From positions 5,084,001 through 5,148,000 of the forward strand of contig CM007990.1 in NCBI GenBank assembly GCA_002189035.1: 64,000 nucleotides of DNA. Direction: 5' to 3'. Each line of letters begins with the position of its first letter. The first letter of the stretch is position 1. Shown here one piece after another: positions 1 through 13,477 of this stretch. The translations under genes were made by a program, and so were the position numbers. A model generated the notes under the pieces. It searched no databases. It was not told the origin of the DNA and saw only the letters and a list, made by a program, of their open reading frames with translations. This DNA comes from Utricularia gibba. Its lineage: Eukaryota > Plantae > Magnoliophyta.

Positions 1-190
1 GGTATCGGCGATTCTACAGGTGCGTTGATTTTCTGTGTAATTGATTTCATTGCTCTTCGGTATTGTTTTTTCACTTTGCTTTAGTTACTTTATCCCCATA
101 AAGACATATGAAGAGGCTAACTATAGAGATATGACGCCATTTTGGGCGTCTGGTATTGTTTTCCTCGCTCTGTTGGGTGGAGATGTTTGA
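1..190 (+). CDS. 3' end of an unidentified protein-coding gene (partial; exons ..19 and 85..190)
   Basis: GT..AG intron 20..84 joins an open frame ...YRRFYS|YFIPIKTYEEANYRDMTPFWASGIVFLALLGGDV* (TGA 188-190) with a hydrophobic C-terminus. Family not recognised. Confidence 0.55.
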
Positions 191-1090
191 GGTTTTCTTT
201 GTTTGATACATCGGGAGTAGAGTTACTTGATGTTTTAGGTTTTCGGCCGTGTTATATGTTTATCTTCTTGCTGGCTTTCGTAAGCCTTGTGCTGTTCAGT
301 TTTTGAAATGGAAGTGGCTCATGAATCTAGAATGATTAAAAGGGTCCTACGGCTCGATGATGTGGACCATCACTAGTAAATTGCATTATCTTGTTTTACA
401 ACTTGGAAGAAGAAAGGGATGATGTGATTAACTGATCTCTCTGCTGCTGATGCCTAGCAAACCTTCTCTCCTTCCATTCTCATAATTTCCATGTCTTCCT
501 CCTGTATCTATGTCTTACAACAATTGTCCCCCAAAACACCGTTTATGAGCTCTTATGCTAGCTGATGTTTTTTTGATAATAACAAATCATGTGACATCTG
601 CGCCCTCAGTAGTTCTGATTAACTAAATGTTTGTGTTGGCTCATTTTCCCAATTCTCCTGAGAGTTGCCAAGTTACTTATAGGTGATCAATGTTGGGTTT
701 TGATTCTAGATTCTTTTCAAGAGGAAAGCTTTTGCACGATGAGGTGAATGTTCTTCAAGATGCAGATATCACTTGCCAGAAAACAGGTGCTGATTGTGAT
801 TGTCTTCTTAAACGAATTACCTAATTCCCATCTGGGAGTCTTCTGAATGGCCTATCGTGCAAGCTTCAAACAATTGCTGCTGGTAGACAGACAAACCAAT
901 CAATTTATCATCCCAGAAACTGAAAGAGCACACAACAATTCAAAGGCAACATTTCACCGCCGTGAGCAACCACCCGACACAACACAAGCGCGCACACAAC
1001 TACTAACGGCGAAGCCCTTAGAGTCCTTTTTATTGAAAGCAGAGAAAACGAACTGGAAAATGCAACTCCTTTTCTTCTTCTACGGCTTGA

Positions 1091-2173
1091 TCATTCTCCC
1101 TTGCCGTCGGTATCAGAATCTTCTCCGGTGAAGCATTTCAGGATGGATCTTGGCGATCCGCAGCACTCAGTCATCGCAAACTTTTGGAACATGATGGATC
1201 CTCCCAGTTCAAGCCCTTCGACATATTTTTCTTCACAATAGTACCCCTTGATGTCTAGGTTGCGGATATGATCATAGAGTTCAGTACCATATTCGGCATG
1301 CACGGAGACAGAGAACTCCTTTGGTTCAAAGCAAGCCAAAACCCTCTTGATCAGCAGTCCCAGATTCATGCTTTTCAGGTCATATCCAGAAGCTTCGAAG
1401 CTCGCATAACTAAATCCGTCCTCTGGTGTAATGTGGATAGTGGAGATTGCAGAACCTTCGATAGAGTTCATTGAGTAACCACACGGCTCGAACTCGAAGT
1501 CACAGATGTCAGATTCAGGAAGGATGTTTCTTATGCCAGAGGTCTTGGTCATCCAAGGGGCCGAGCTGGAGTCAGTCTTGTAGAAAACAGATGCCTTGTC
1601 CCTGTCCAACCCTGTCATGCACATTTCTAAGGTGTAAATTGGGTCAAAAGCTTCGGCACCATCCGCAGATGCGGAGTAAACATGCCATTTCTTGACATTA
1701 TCAGGGTTTCCCATCACATAAGCCTTGCTGCCACTTGAACCCAGATTTCCAAAATAACTATCAAGGACAACCACTTCTTCGGAGAAGCTGCGGTGGGGGT
1801 ATGTCTGAGCTCCAGGGAAAATGAAGCTTCCACGAGTATACGTGACATTCTTAACAGACAGAGAAATGGACTCGGCTAACTTCAGAATGACTGGGATTGA
1901 AAGAAGCAACTTTGTTGTCCCACAGGTTTTGATGATGATCTTGTACGGGTAGACAAACAAGCTCGATTCAGAGAGGACATATGAGTCAACATGCTCATTA
2001 GACAAAGAGGACACAATGGTGCACTCTGCAGGTTGCAGAAACTCATCAAGCTGGGACTTCAAAAGAGAACGAAGGCCCTTTCCTTCGGGATCAGCAAAAT
2101 ATCCAGGCTCAAAGAAAGAAATTTCGAGCCTCTTTTCATAACCTTCGAACCCGATTGCAGAAGCAATTGCCAT
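1091..2173 (-). CDS. SAMDC: S-adenosylmethionine decarboxylase proenzyme (360 aa, intronless main ORF)
   Basis: Starts [18 protein letters not shown] (ATG 2173); has the [10 protein letters not shown] self-cleavage site, KTCGTT and [16 protein letters not shown] motifs. The ORF track's extra 8 residues come from a non-ATG start. Confidence 0.97.
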   Translation of the reverse strand: MAIASAIGFEGYEKRLEISFFEPGYFADPEGKGLRSLLKSQLDEFLQPAECTIVSSLSNEHVDSYVLSESSLFVYPYKIIIKTCGTTKLLLSIPVILKLAESISLSVKNVTYTRGSFIFPGAQTYPHRSFSEEVVVLDSYFGNLGSSGSKAYVMGNPDNVKKWHVYSASADGAEAFDPIYTLEMCMTGLDRDKASVFYKTDSSSAPWMTKTSGIRNILPESDICDFEFEPCGYSMNSIEGSAISTIHITPEDGFSYASFEASGYDLKSMNLGLLIKRVLACFEPKEFSVSVHAEYGTELYDHIRNLDIKGYYCEEKYVEGLELGGSIMFQKFAMTECCGSPRSILKCFTGEDSDTDGKGE

Positions 2174-2314
2174 TTGAGAAAGCAGACAGAGCAGCAAGGA
2201 AGAACGTGGGGACGAGAAGAAAGAAAAGGAGTGCAGGCAGAGAATGAAATACTAATCTAAAAAGCAGCAAATTTCACCACGCCCGTAGACGTGATCAGGA
2301 CTCAATGGGGGATA

Positions 2315-2558
2315 TCAGGATGGCTTGCGTGCGCACTGCAAAGGAGAAACACATTGTGTCAGAATGCCAGAGCCATTTTAAGTCTAACAAACAGCATGAA
2401 GGGGTCATCACTATGAGTGGGGCACTTACGTTGGAGTATGCAGCAGATCGGAACTTCTTGATGCCTCCGTTTGGGCGGACGTCTTCAATGATGTATCCAA
2501 GGGGAGCTTCGTAAAAGGCCTTACTACTGGACTTCTTTTTCCCACCCTTCGACTCCAT
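2315..2558 (-). CDS. SAMDC small conserved-peptide uORF (49 aa; exons 2558..2430 and 2335..2315)
   Basis: MESKGGKKKSSSKAFYEAPLGYIIEDVRPNGGIKKFRSAAYSN|CARKPS* after removing a GTAAGT..TGCAG intron (2429..2336); matches the well-known plant SAMDC small uORF. Confidence 0.95.
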
Positions 2559-2566
2559 TAGATCAT
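2558..2566 (-). promoter_or_regulatory. SAMDC tiny uORF (ATG ATC TAA) overlapping the small uORF start by 1 nt
   Basis: Minus strand reads ATGATCTAATGGAG; the last A of TAA is the A of the small-uORF ATG, the canonical tiny/small arrangement for polyamine-responsive translation. Confidence 0.85.
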
Positions 2567-5500
2567 CAATGTTTTCTATAATACAACAAGATAAACTTAG
2601 AACTATGATACAAAATCACAAGAAACTGCACAAACGTGTGCCAAAAAGTATCAAGAAATCCAAGCAAAACAAACACTAAAAACAGAGGACCAGACATATA
2701 ATGAAAATAATCAAAAGTACTTGACAAAATGCGAAACAACGTTTTGCAGAAAATGAAAGGAGAGCTCCAAGATTCAATTTTTAAGCAGATCTACTACGAA
2801 AAGATGGTTCTATCCAACCAAAATCGAACGCCAATGAGAAGAAATACCAAAATACTTAAATCTCCTCAACTGCTTTCTAAGGAGATAAAAATAAATGAAA
2901 ATCACCATAGCAACAAAAAATAAAAATGTTGAGCCACAAAAAGCGAGAAGTTGGAGCCTTTTAAATCGCATCCATGGTTGAAATTTGACATAAATTCAAA
3001 CTCGAAACACATGAACACAGGATCACAAACGCTGCAGAAAGCGCTCCACACGGTATAGATTAAACCTGCTATGAGCATCTACCGAACGCTCTAAAGCATA
3101 CGTTTTTCATCCGTCCACAACATGAAAAAAAGTTCCATAAAAATAACAGATTCCATCCATGCAAAGACGCTTCGAAACTCACATTCAGATTTCTGGTTTA
3201 TATTTACCAATTCTAGAAGAACAACGATCTTTCTTTCTATGACTCCTGCACAAGAAATCACCAAAATCAAACACAAGAAAAAAACCAAATTTGCGATGCG
3301 GTCCCTTTAAAAACAAATCGAAACCACTCACAGAGATCTGAAGGCTTTCACGCAGCCGCTCAAGACAAAGACGAAACCCTACAAACCCGACGAAGAGGAA
3401 ACTTGTCGACAGGAATATAAAAGACACCGTTAGGTTGTTTCGAGCGACTCTCGTGAAGGCACGGATCACAGAACGGCTCTCCGGTATTTATAATAACTGC
3501 CCTTGCTAAATTGCCATCCAAATTGCATCATATTGCAGTAATACCCCTCACTTTAAATTACTCTGAGGCCCCTTACCTGGGAAGAAGGGCTGCAGCCCTT
3601 CGGCAAATATAAAACAAAAAAAAAAAGACAAAATGCACCATACATGGTCTACACGCATGATCTAACCATGCATCATCACATTTGGTCATTTCAGTAGTCA
3701 AATTACATCTTTACCCATATGCTTCGTATATAAAATCAATGCATGTACAAATAACACCATGATTTGTCACCGGACTGAACGGTCATTTGCGAAGCAAGAT
3801 CAAAGGAAACGTGTATCATATTTCACAAAAATACGGTAATCGGCACACGTGCATGCCTTTAGTTGATTCTTCTTGTTCTTCAAAATCAATTTTTTAGAAG
3901 TAATTTTTATTGAATAAATCGTATTTAATTGGTAATGTTTTTTAAAGTCTTTAATAAATGATTCCTATAGATTTGTATTTAATAGTAAATATTGCTATAT
4001 CTCAACGTGATTTTTTTTCAAATTAGATTTTATGGATGTGGAATTATTAAAGGGTCTAAATGTGTTTCGTAATTTTTTTATTTTCTAAAATCATATTTGA
4101 AATAAGTTTTTTAGAATAAGTTTTTAAGAATCGTTTCTAAAAATTAGGAAATTGAGGGTTTTCTTACCAAATTTTTTTATAATATAAATTATTCGTATTT
4201 GATAATAAAATTATATATGAAATGCTTTCTTGATTGTTCGAAACACAACCTAAATAGACAACGCCACTCACTAACGTCAAAACGTGCAATTAAGTTTGTA
4301 TTATCATCGGCATCATCGCTATCGGAAAAAGGTGTGGCCATGAAATCAATAAATGCTTACCAAGTCCGAATTGTCCGCCACAGACGACCATCGCCCAAAT
4401 GGACGCCGCATCATTGTGCAGTAGCCGGGAATATTGACTATCTGACCGCCACGTCATTTAAAACTCTGATCACCTTATAATACATGTATACGCAAATTGA
4501 TCAATTTTAATATAATCTTTTTTATGCTAATGTGTGTGACAGAAAAATCTAATGATTATATTTATGAATGATTAAATCGGGTACACACACAAATTGGGGG
4601 GACCCGTGTGGTGAGACTTGCGTACGGGCGTGGGAGATGATAGCCAGCCAGCTGTGGCTCTTGTTTTCAGTGCACTGTAAGGACGATTGTGCCCCCTCCA
4701 ACCCACCCGACAACGAGACGGGAGTCCTTGTCTGAACACACACCAAAAAATTTTCTACCATAAATATTAATTTTTTTATCTTAATATTTAAGATTAATAT
4801 GTGATAGAGAAATTAAAGGATATCATTTTTGTAAACTATCATCCGTCCAATCCCACCTGAAATTTTTTCTTATGATTCGGAAGTATATGCTTGGATTCCA
4901 GCCATTCTAACACCTGGTTCAATGAACTTCAATACCCTTCATATAATATTGTAAGTTTTATGTTTTTTTAAGTAAAAAATCTCATATAAGATTAGAATGA
5001 TCGTTTTATTTAAATATATCTTCTATTTCGTTCGTAACCAATGTGAGATATCATACATATCTTTGCTCTTGCCTTCTCATATTTTTAAAGCATCTCTTTC
5101 TAGATTTGAGAATTGGGATGTTGAGGAAGATTCCATTAAAAAAATGATATTAATATGAAAAGAAAAGAGAATCATTTTTAATTCATTTATGGGTGGGGTG
5201 GTCAGATTTGGGACCACTGGTGAGGGCGTTAGAGGCCACACATATCATATCAGATCACCTTCAACTTCACTCCATTTACCGCCACACAAAAGCACCCCAT
5301 TTTGTTTGTAATGAGTAAGGACAAGACGTGGCCGCTTTCCAAATCTGGTTCTACTTTGGACTCAAAAGACTATTTTCTCCCTTACAAATTCCTTCTATTT
5401 TTTTTCCTTATATTTCTATAACAACAACGCCCATTTTCACTCTTGGTTACCTTGCATAGGAATATAAGGGAGAGCGTGAGTCTCAACCTCTCTAAAAGAT

Positions 5501-5683
5501 GAGAACGTAATATTATGAAAATTGAGTGTTTGAATTGAATAATATTATATGAGAATTTAATCAAATCTCTCGTAATTTTAAGCTTTCATTTCATATAAAA
5601 TTCTATTTATTCTATTTTGCAATATTCGTGAACAGACTATTTCTTGGACAAGAGTCTAGTGTGTAGTAATGGGACATGCTTTC

Positions 5684-5711
5684 GGGCCGGGTTTTGGCCC
5701 AAGTTGGCCCA
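5684..5711. promoter_or_regulatory. Site II (GGCCCA, TCP-type) motif pair upstream of AAPT
   Basis: GGCCCA at 5696-5701 and 5706-5711 within an AT-rich intergenic region. Motif match only. Confidence 0.45.
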
Positions 5712-6215
5712 CGAGCACCTCTAGTTTTGGGTAGTTAAATAAAAGAGTTTTTTTAGTAATATTATTGAGATATTAGAGTGAATAATTTAGGAATTTGTTG
5801 ATTAGTAAAGCAGCGCTTTTAATATATATATATATGGAAGGGATTCCTTGCCATATTTTGATGATTAGCTGTCCGAAATTAACAAAAGTAGAAAGTCAAA
5901 GAAAACGTGTAAATGTAAAGCTGGAGTGAGCGCGATGCTTGAAGTTCAGTGAAATCGCGGACACGCTTGCAGGGCGTCGTCTCCGTTGTACGCGTCACGC
6001 GACTGGTGGGCGTTGGAGCGGGGCCTTCACAATTCATTCCAATTCATCCACAGGCGTCCTTTGGATTCCTCTTGTTCTCAATCCCTACGTTTGTTTCTTT
6101 GCTTTGGGTATTGGCCTTGGATCTGCAGATTCATCATTCTTGATTCGTTGGGATCTGTAAACAGGGGACATTTTGGTAAGCACAGGGCAGGAGTGCGACG
6201 AGAGAAGAGGAGAGG

Positions 6216-9200
6216 ATGGGATACATTGGACCACATGGAATTATGGCATTACGGAGGCACAAGTATAGTGGGGTTGATAACTCGTTGATAGCCAAATTCG
6301 TGTTGCAGCCATTCTGGACACGTTGCGTTAATTTCTTCCCTCTGTGGATGCCGTGAGTTTATGCCAATTGGATCATGATTTTTACTTTTTTTTTTGGTGC
6401 TTGTGATTCCCAACAATATGGAAAAGGCCAGTATGTTTCTTTCAATTGGAAAGTTTAATTCTTGGTTAATGAGGCTTGGTCATGCCATTTTCACTGCTTT
6501 TTTAGTGACAAGTTCCGTTGTTGTGTTTTTTTTTTATGGGCATGGATGGGGAACTTCAGGCCAAACGTGGTAACTGCTTTCTCCATGCTGTAAACTATAT
6601 TGTGTGCCTTTGTATATTTACTTCTAAAGTTTTTGGACGTTGGTTACTTCTCCAGATTACACTTACAGGAGCAATGTTTTTGGTTGCATCGACTTTTCTC
6701 GGATACGTGAGTGGCATTTTCTTTTCTGCTGTACCTTCTCCTGTATCCACGGGCATAGCATCATTCTTTTGTGAATGTTCTTATAAGCTTCTCCCGCAGA
6801 TTTATTCACCTCGCCTTGATTCACCTCCCCCAAGATGGGTTCATTTTGCCCATGGCTTGCTTCTCTTCCTTTATCAAGTATGCCCAAGTTTCTACAAGCA
6901 ATATGATTTTGGTATTCCTTGTGGATGTGCTTGTATACTTGTGTTCTAAAAACGCTCTATAGACTTTTGACGCCGTTGATGGGAAGCAAGCAAGAAGAAC
7001 AAATTCGTCTAGTCCACTGGGGGAACTTTTTGACCATGGTACTTAGTCTTTAATGATTCTTCACTCGCTGGCTTTCTTGTGTTCTAAGCTTTATGTGTGA
7101 CCTTGTATATTTCGCTGGCCCTATTACAGGATGTGATGCTCTTGGATGTGCGGTATGCCTTCTTAATTTACTTAGTTGCTGTTCCGCACGCCACAGGACT
7201 GATTCTTTGCCGCATTAACTTTCCAGTTCGAGTCATTGGCATTCGGAAGTACTGCTATGTGTGGTGCTAGTACTTTCTGGTTCTGGGTCATATCTGCAGT
7301 CACTTTTTACTTTGCTACATGGGAACAGTAAGTCTGAGAGTAGCAGATTCTCAATTCTCCTCCATATACCATTGGTTTAGATTTTTTTTCACTTTCACCT
7401 GGTGTTCTGAATGCTATATAGTTAAGCTACAATGATTGATCGAAGTTTAGGATATGATATACCAAAATTCTTATTTATATGGCAGCTATTTCACCCACAC
7501 CCTCATTCTTCCTGCTGTGAATGGGCCTACAGAAGGTCTATTGATCATATACATGATCCATTTTTTCACAGGATTTGTTGGTACTGCTTCTATGACTTCA
7601 CTTGGCTTAATTGACCTTTTTCTGTTTGTTTATTGATACTGAGCAGAATTCTTTTTTAGGTGCTGTATGGTGGGTTCAGCCTCTTGGAAAATCAATTCCC
7701 TTTTTAGCTTGGATTCCCTTTTTAAGTGGTACTCAACTGTGTTGTTTTATCAGTTCATATCCGACAATTGTATCTTCCCATATTTTCTTTATAAAAATCG
7801 AGTCCATCTGTTTCTTTTTCAGAAATTGCAATGCATAAAGCTGCATTGTTTCTAATGATAATCTTTGGTGTTGTCCCTACGGTGGCATTCAAGTGAGTTC
7901 CACTTCCACCTAAATTTAGATTGTGCACTTGAAGCTTGGTGAATGGACTACAGTCATTCATGCCAATAAATGATTAAAATTTGAACCCTATTGGTCATGT
8001 TTTTGCCAAGGATATTTACTCCCATATTGCTCAAAGTAAATACATTTTTTCAGTGTTTACAACGTGTATAAGGTTGTTCAGGCAAAAAAAGGGAGCATGC
8101 TGCTCGCTTTGGCAATGGTAAGTGTGTTTGATGCCAGGTTACTCGACTGCTTTGTTAACACGAAATTCAGCTAATGAAATGGCCGCATTTCCTTACAGCT
8201 TTATCCATTTATTCTGCTTCTTGGTGGAGTTCTTGTTTGGTAATTTTATGATACTTGAAGTGACTCTGTTCCTTTTTTTCTCTTATTTCCTAGTACTGAG
8301 TGAGTCTTTGCAGGGATTATTTGTCTCCGATTGATCTAAGGGGTAACTACCCCCACCTGATCATTCTGGGTATAGGACTGGCTTTTGGTTTTCTAGTGGT
8401 GAGACTTTGCTTTCTTTCATTGGAAATGAGATTTTACTGCATTTATTTCATCTTTGGCTACATTTTTAATTTTTTTTCTGGATAAGAACTCATTCACTCG
8501 GGAATTCCTACATTAAACTCCAACATACTGTTATATTTTCCAGGGAAGGATGATTCTTGCTCACTTATGTGATGAACCTAAAGGCCTAAAGACTAACATG
8601 TGCATGGTACAACTCATTGCTATTTACCTTTCACGTGTCCCTGAAAAAAGATGGGCTGTGTTTGGTTTCTTTGAGAACTTTGTTTCTTTGGAAGCCATCA
8701 AATCTAATACTTTACACTCCACAGGCACTGCTTTATCTGCCTTTGGCCATTGCAAATGCACTCACTGCCAGTTTGAATGATGGGTATGTGGCAACTCTTG
8801 AATTCTAATCATGATTCTTCGAAATACCATACTCGGTTGATTCTAATCATGCACTCACCACAAAACTCCATTGTTGCAGTGTTCCTTTAGTCGATGAGCT
8901 GTGGGTCATTCTTGGCTTTTTCGCATACTCAGGTTCCACTTTCCTTATCTACTTTCTATAATGTTCTTTGTCTTTAGAACCACAATCGCTGACCCAGAAG
9001 AAAGAGGTGCTCACTTTTGCCAGAATGAGTGCGATTCAGCCTTTTCTTCCTCCTTTATTTCCAGCCTCGCAACTGCAAATCATGCCCCCCTCCATTTACA
9101 CTGTTTTTCCAATCCCCGATACGCTCTTAATACTAGTTTTGTTTTCACAGTGGCGGTTTACATGCATTTTGCCACCTCTGTCATTCACGAAATAACAACA

Positions 9201-9329
9201 GCTCTTGGCATCAACTGTTTCAGGTAAAAAAGAAAAAGTACTCCCATTAGCTTATTAACCTTTGGTTTTACCATATAATCGACTCCCTGATTATCTCCCA
9301 ATTGCAGGATCACAAGGAAGGAAGCCTAG
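6216..9329 (+). CDS. AAPT: Aminoalcohol (choline/ethanolamine) phosphotransferase, many small exons
   Basis: Spliced protein MGYIGPHGIMALRRHKYSGVD...WMP|PNV|ITLTG...DAVDGKQARRTNSSSPLGELFDHG|CDA (CDP-alcohol phosphotransferase motif)...ITTALGINCFR|ITRKEA* (TAG 9327-9329). The coding introns I traced are GT-AG. Confidence 0.96.
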
Positions 9330-10448
9330 ACAAGGCAAGATCCCAGCTTTTACTGCACTGAAGTTTTGCACCGACTCTCAGACATCAGAACTGACCACCA
9401 ATCCCCTTCATTTGCCGCATTGTGCTTGAGTTTTCGTGGAGCTTTTTGTCAAAGATATATCTCGAGCAGGAGAGATGTCTTCGTTTCTGTACGCGATTAC
9501 AACTTTGGAACCCATGTGACACGTTAGTGTGGGTTCAGTAGGAAGGTTTCCGACGGTTTTCAGTTTTCAGTTTGAAGCGGTTAGGCGTGTCGGAATTTAT
9601 AAAAATACAGACGTTGCGGTTGTGTAGTAAGAGATTTATGAATAGAAAGTGTGAACGTGCAGGGGTAACTAATTAATATTTAATGCTTCCACATTTAGTA
9701 TGGGATGTTGTATGGTTAATTTAATTAATAAAGAAAACTGGAATTTCCATTTTCAACTCTCACCCTCTGGTCAATCACACGTCTGTTAACCAACACGAAG
9801 GGGAAGTTGTAGGAGCGTCGGTTCTGTGATCAATGGATGGGAACCAGTCCCCAGCTGAGTTTCGGCTTTGGATCGATGGATTCCGTCCTCTGGGCTGACT
9901 GAGAGATGTTCGTCGTTTCGGGGCATTTGGTGGTGATGGTGTGACGGGAGAATCTCTTGTCTTTTTCAGCCGTCCAAGATCGCTGAGGATCGAAGCTATT
10001 TGTGGATTTTGACACTTGTTGGGGAAATTCTTTTGCGGGGTTGCCCCCCATTTCCTTTATTTTGGTGGCGGGTGCCGCCATGGCCTCTTGGGTTTTAGCC
10101 GTACTGTGATTGTCTGGAATTCGGGACTGTTTAGTTGGATGAAGAAACAGTGAAGCCGTTGGATTGGATTTGGATTTGGGTTTCCTGGATTGTGAGGTAG
10201 TCGGATGTTCTGGATCTTCTTTTTTTCGTTGGAAGTTGCAGACAGTGGCTGCCTTTGCAGGTGATTGGTTTCCCGGCTCTGTGCATGATTCATCAAGAAT
10301 GAATCTTTTTGTTGGATGAGATGAGTTTTGAAACGATGGGTGTAAAAAGTTAGATTGGCTTGCTTCTGTGTCTCATCCACAGATTGTTATCTGTGGATCT
10401 ATTCGTTCATTTCTCAGCTTCCTGATCCTTTGAAATTCTGTAACTCCG

Positions 10449-12896
10449 ATGAGTAACCCACCGCCGATTAATCAACCGCCACCGCCTGTGATTCCTACTC
10501 CACCTCCAGCATTATTTCCGCCGCCTCCATCCAATGCAACACAATCTCCTCCAACTTCGCCGCCCCCAACATCATTTCAATCTCCACCACCTCCGGTAGC
10601 TGTTTTTTCGCCGCCGCCACCGTCTTCTCTGCGTCCACCTCCACCTCCACCCACCCCTGCTTCCATTAATCCACCTCCACCAGCTAATCCTAACAGTTCA
10701 CCTCCTCCACAACCACCGAACTCCCCTCCACCAACCGGCGAACCACCGCCACCTAACCCCCTGAAAGTTCCCCTCCTCCTCCGGCGCCATTTCCTTCTCC
10801 AACTCCATCTGTACCACCATCAGGCCCCCCTCACCCACAACACCAGCCCTTTCTCCTCCACCTTTAACCCCGCCTTCAAACACTCCTCCAACACTGATAT
10901 CCCCACCGCCTCCAATAAATGTTCCGCCATCCCCTCCCTCCATAGAACCAGCTCCACCACCGCCGCCGCCGCCGCCACCACCACCATCTAATCGAGCTTC
11001 AACGCCAATTGGTGTACTAATAGGCGTCGCACTTGGTCTTCTTCTGCTTGGAATATTTGGTAGCGTAGCCTTTTGTATTACAAAACGAAGGAAAAAGCCT
11101 TCTGGAACTCATGGCGATCATATTCTCCCAACCGCTGGCAGTTCCTCTCAAGGGTCAGGTTAACGCCAATCACCTTCAAGTTTTTTTTTTTTTTTTTTAT
11201 AGTAAAAGTTGTTTTCATTGTTTCCAAGGGACAGAAATTTAAATGGTGCCCATTTTCGGAGCAGGTTCTTACATGCTGAAAATGCATGCGTACCATTCTT
11301 CTTCTTCCATCAGTGGCAAAGGTTCGGGCAATATCATCAACTATTCACCATATGAGCATGGCAACTTTCGGCATTCCAGGTTATACTTCACGTATGAAGA
11401 ACTTGTGGATGCCACCAATGGATTCTCTGCTGATAATCTCCTGGGTGAAGGAGGTTTTGGGTCTGTGTACAAGGGAATGCTGGTGGATGGCAGAGAGGTA
11501 GCAGTTAAGAAATTAAAGGATGGCAGTGGACAGGGGGATCGTGAATTCAGAGCAGAAGTGGAGATAATAAGCCGCGTGCATCATCGTCATCTGGTTTCTT
11601 TAGTTGGGTATTGCATTTTTGAGGAAACAAGGCTTCTCGTGTATGATTATCTCCCGAATGATACATTGTATTTCCATCTTCATGGTACTTGTACTGATTC
11701 TGAGCATTGAAAAGCTCTGTTCCTGGAGATGAAGATTGGCCTTTTGGTTTCACTATTTCAGGTGAAGGCACCCCTGTTTTGGATTGGGCTACACGCGTTA
11801 AGATTGCTGTTGGTGCAGCTCGTGGGATTGCATACCTTCATGAAGATTGTAAATCTTCTCCTAACCTGCAATGTGTTCCATGACTGTCTCTTTCTGCAAA
11901 AGAAATGATCTTTTGTTGCTTATTTTTCAGGCCATCCTCGCATTATTCACAGAGATATCAAGTCATCAAATATCCTTCTAGACAAGAACTTTGAAGCTCG
12001 AGTATGCTGAAACTCAGCCATGTTTCACTATCTCTTCTCATTTCTTTTGTTTTATGATCTGCCTTTCGTTTGCGCTCTTCAGGTTGCCGATTTCGGGCTT
12101 GCGAAGTTAGCTGTGGATACGAATACACATATAACCACACGAGTGATGGGAACCTTTGGGTAAGTAGCCAGTGAAGGGGACTCTGTTCATCTGAACACTA
12201 CATTTGGTGTTTTCGCCATTGCGTTATTTGGTTTTGTGTCAGATACATGGCTCCTGAGTATGCATCCACCGGAAAGTTGACAGAAAAGTCCGATGTCTAC
12301 TCCTTCGGGGTTGTGCTCCTGGAGTTGATTTCTGGAAGGAAGCCTGTAGACACTTCTCAGCCAGCAGATGAAGAGAGCCTGGTTGAATGGGTATGCTGCA
12401 CTTCTCCATCCAGTTTTCATATCAATTGCTTTCATTGTCTCCATCCATTCAGGCCCGTCCTCGGTTAAACCTTGCGCTGGAGATGGAGGGATTTGGAGGA
12501 CTACCAGACCCGAAGCTTGAAGGAAACTATGCAGCAGATGAAATGTTCCAGATCATTGAAGCTGCAGCAGCCTGTGTCCGCCACTCAGCAGCCAAGAGGC
12601 CTGCATTGGGACAGGTTAGGAAGCTTCTGGTAACTAGGGATTGGTTTACTAGCTTCAGGTGATGATGGAGGTGGGTTTTTTCCACTCTTTTGATGATTCA
12701 CACACAGGTAGCAAGGGCATTAGACAGCATGTCTAGCTCAGATTTGAGCAATGGGATGAGAGTAGGCGAAAGTGAAATATTTAATCCTCCACTACAATCT
12801 GGAGTTGTCAGAATGTTCCACAAAATGGCTCATGGCGATCCAAGTTACAACTCAGATTCTTTCAGCCAAATTAGCCAGGATCCCTTCCATCCCTGA
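10449..12896 (+). CDS. PERK: Proline-rich extensin-like receptor kinase (PERK8/9/10 type); two apparent 1-nt frameshifts in the Pro-rich region
   Basis: Pro-rich N-terminus, TM segment [22 protein letters not shown] followed by KRRKK, kinase motifs [48 protein letters not shown]. The frame from ATG 10449 reaches the TM only if one C is added at 10757-10761 and one at 10825-10830. Confidence 0.92.
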
Positions 12897-13477
12897 GAGC
12901 AGTGAAGAGCTACTAGAAAATACTATCAGAGAACAGGTCTAGAAGGTGAAGCTCAAAAACTCAGCCTGAGCTTTGGTTGGCATTTTACCTTCATCTCTTG
13001 AACCCTTTCACCCATGATGCCTTAATCTTCCTCATCTTTTTCTGCCTACAGCATCTCCACATGCACTCCTGGGAGCAGATTGCATCCTTGTATCCTGCTG
13101 CTGCTTTCATGGCCTGATTCTGCCTCAAACTTCCATATGCACTCCTGGGAAAGGTCAAGGGGTGCACCAAAAAGAATAGAAGAGACAAGATCTCAGGATA
13201 GGAATGTGGAGAATATAGGATAAGCTTCAGAAACTCAAGGAAACTTGTTCACAAATGACATCCAAGACCTTCCATCTTTGGTTGAAGATGATGCACTTGG
13301 GTGCAGAGATGAAATCAACAGGGTAATGGAGATGCTCCCTGAAAGTGGACAGTTTGCTTTTGGAAGCTTTTGGAGAGGAGAGGTTTGTGGTCATGTATTT
13401 ATTCTGCTTCGTTCTGGTTTGGTACTGACGGTTGACGAGTGACTGATTCTGATTATTAAATTAATTCTTGGAGAAAA

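Noticed and set aside
847-1131. 94-aa + strand ORF at the SAMDC 3' end
   Set aside because: Antisense to the SAMDC 3' end and UTR; no recognisable motif.
9830-10380. Minus-strand ORFs of 83 and 107 aa upstream of PERK
   Set aside because: No family motifs; better explained as the antisense of the PERK leader and leader intron.
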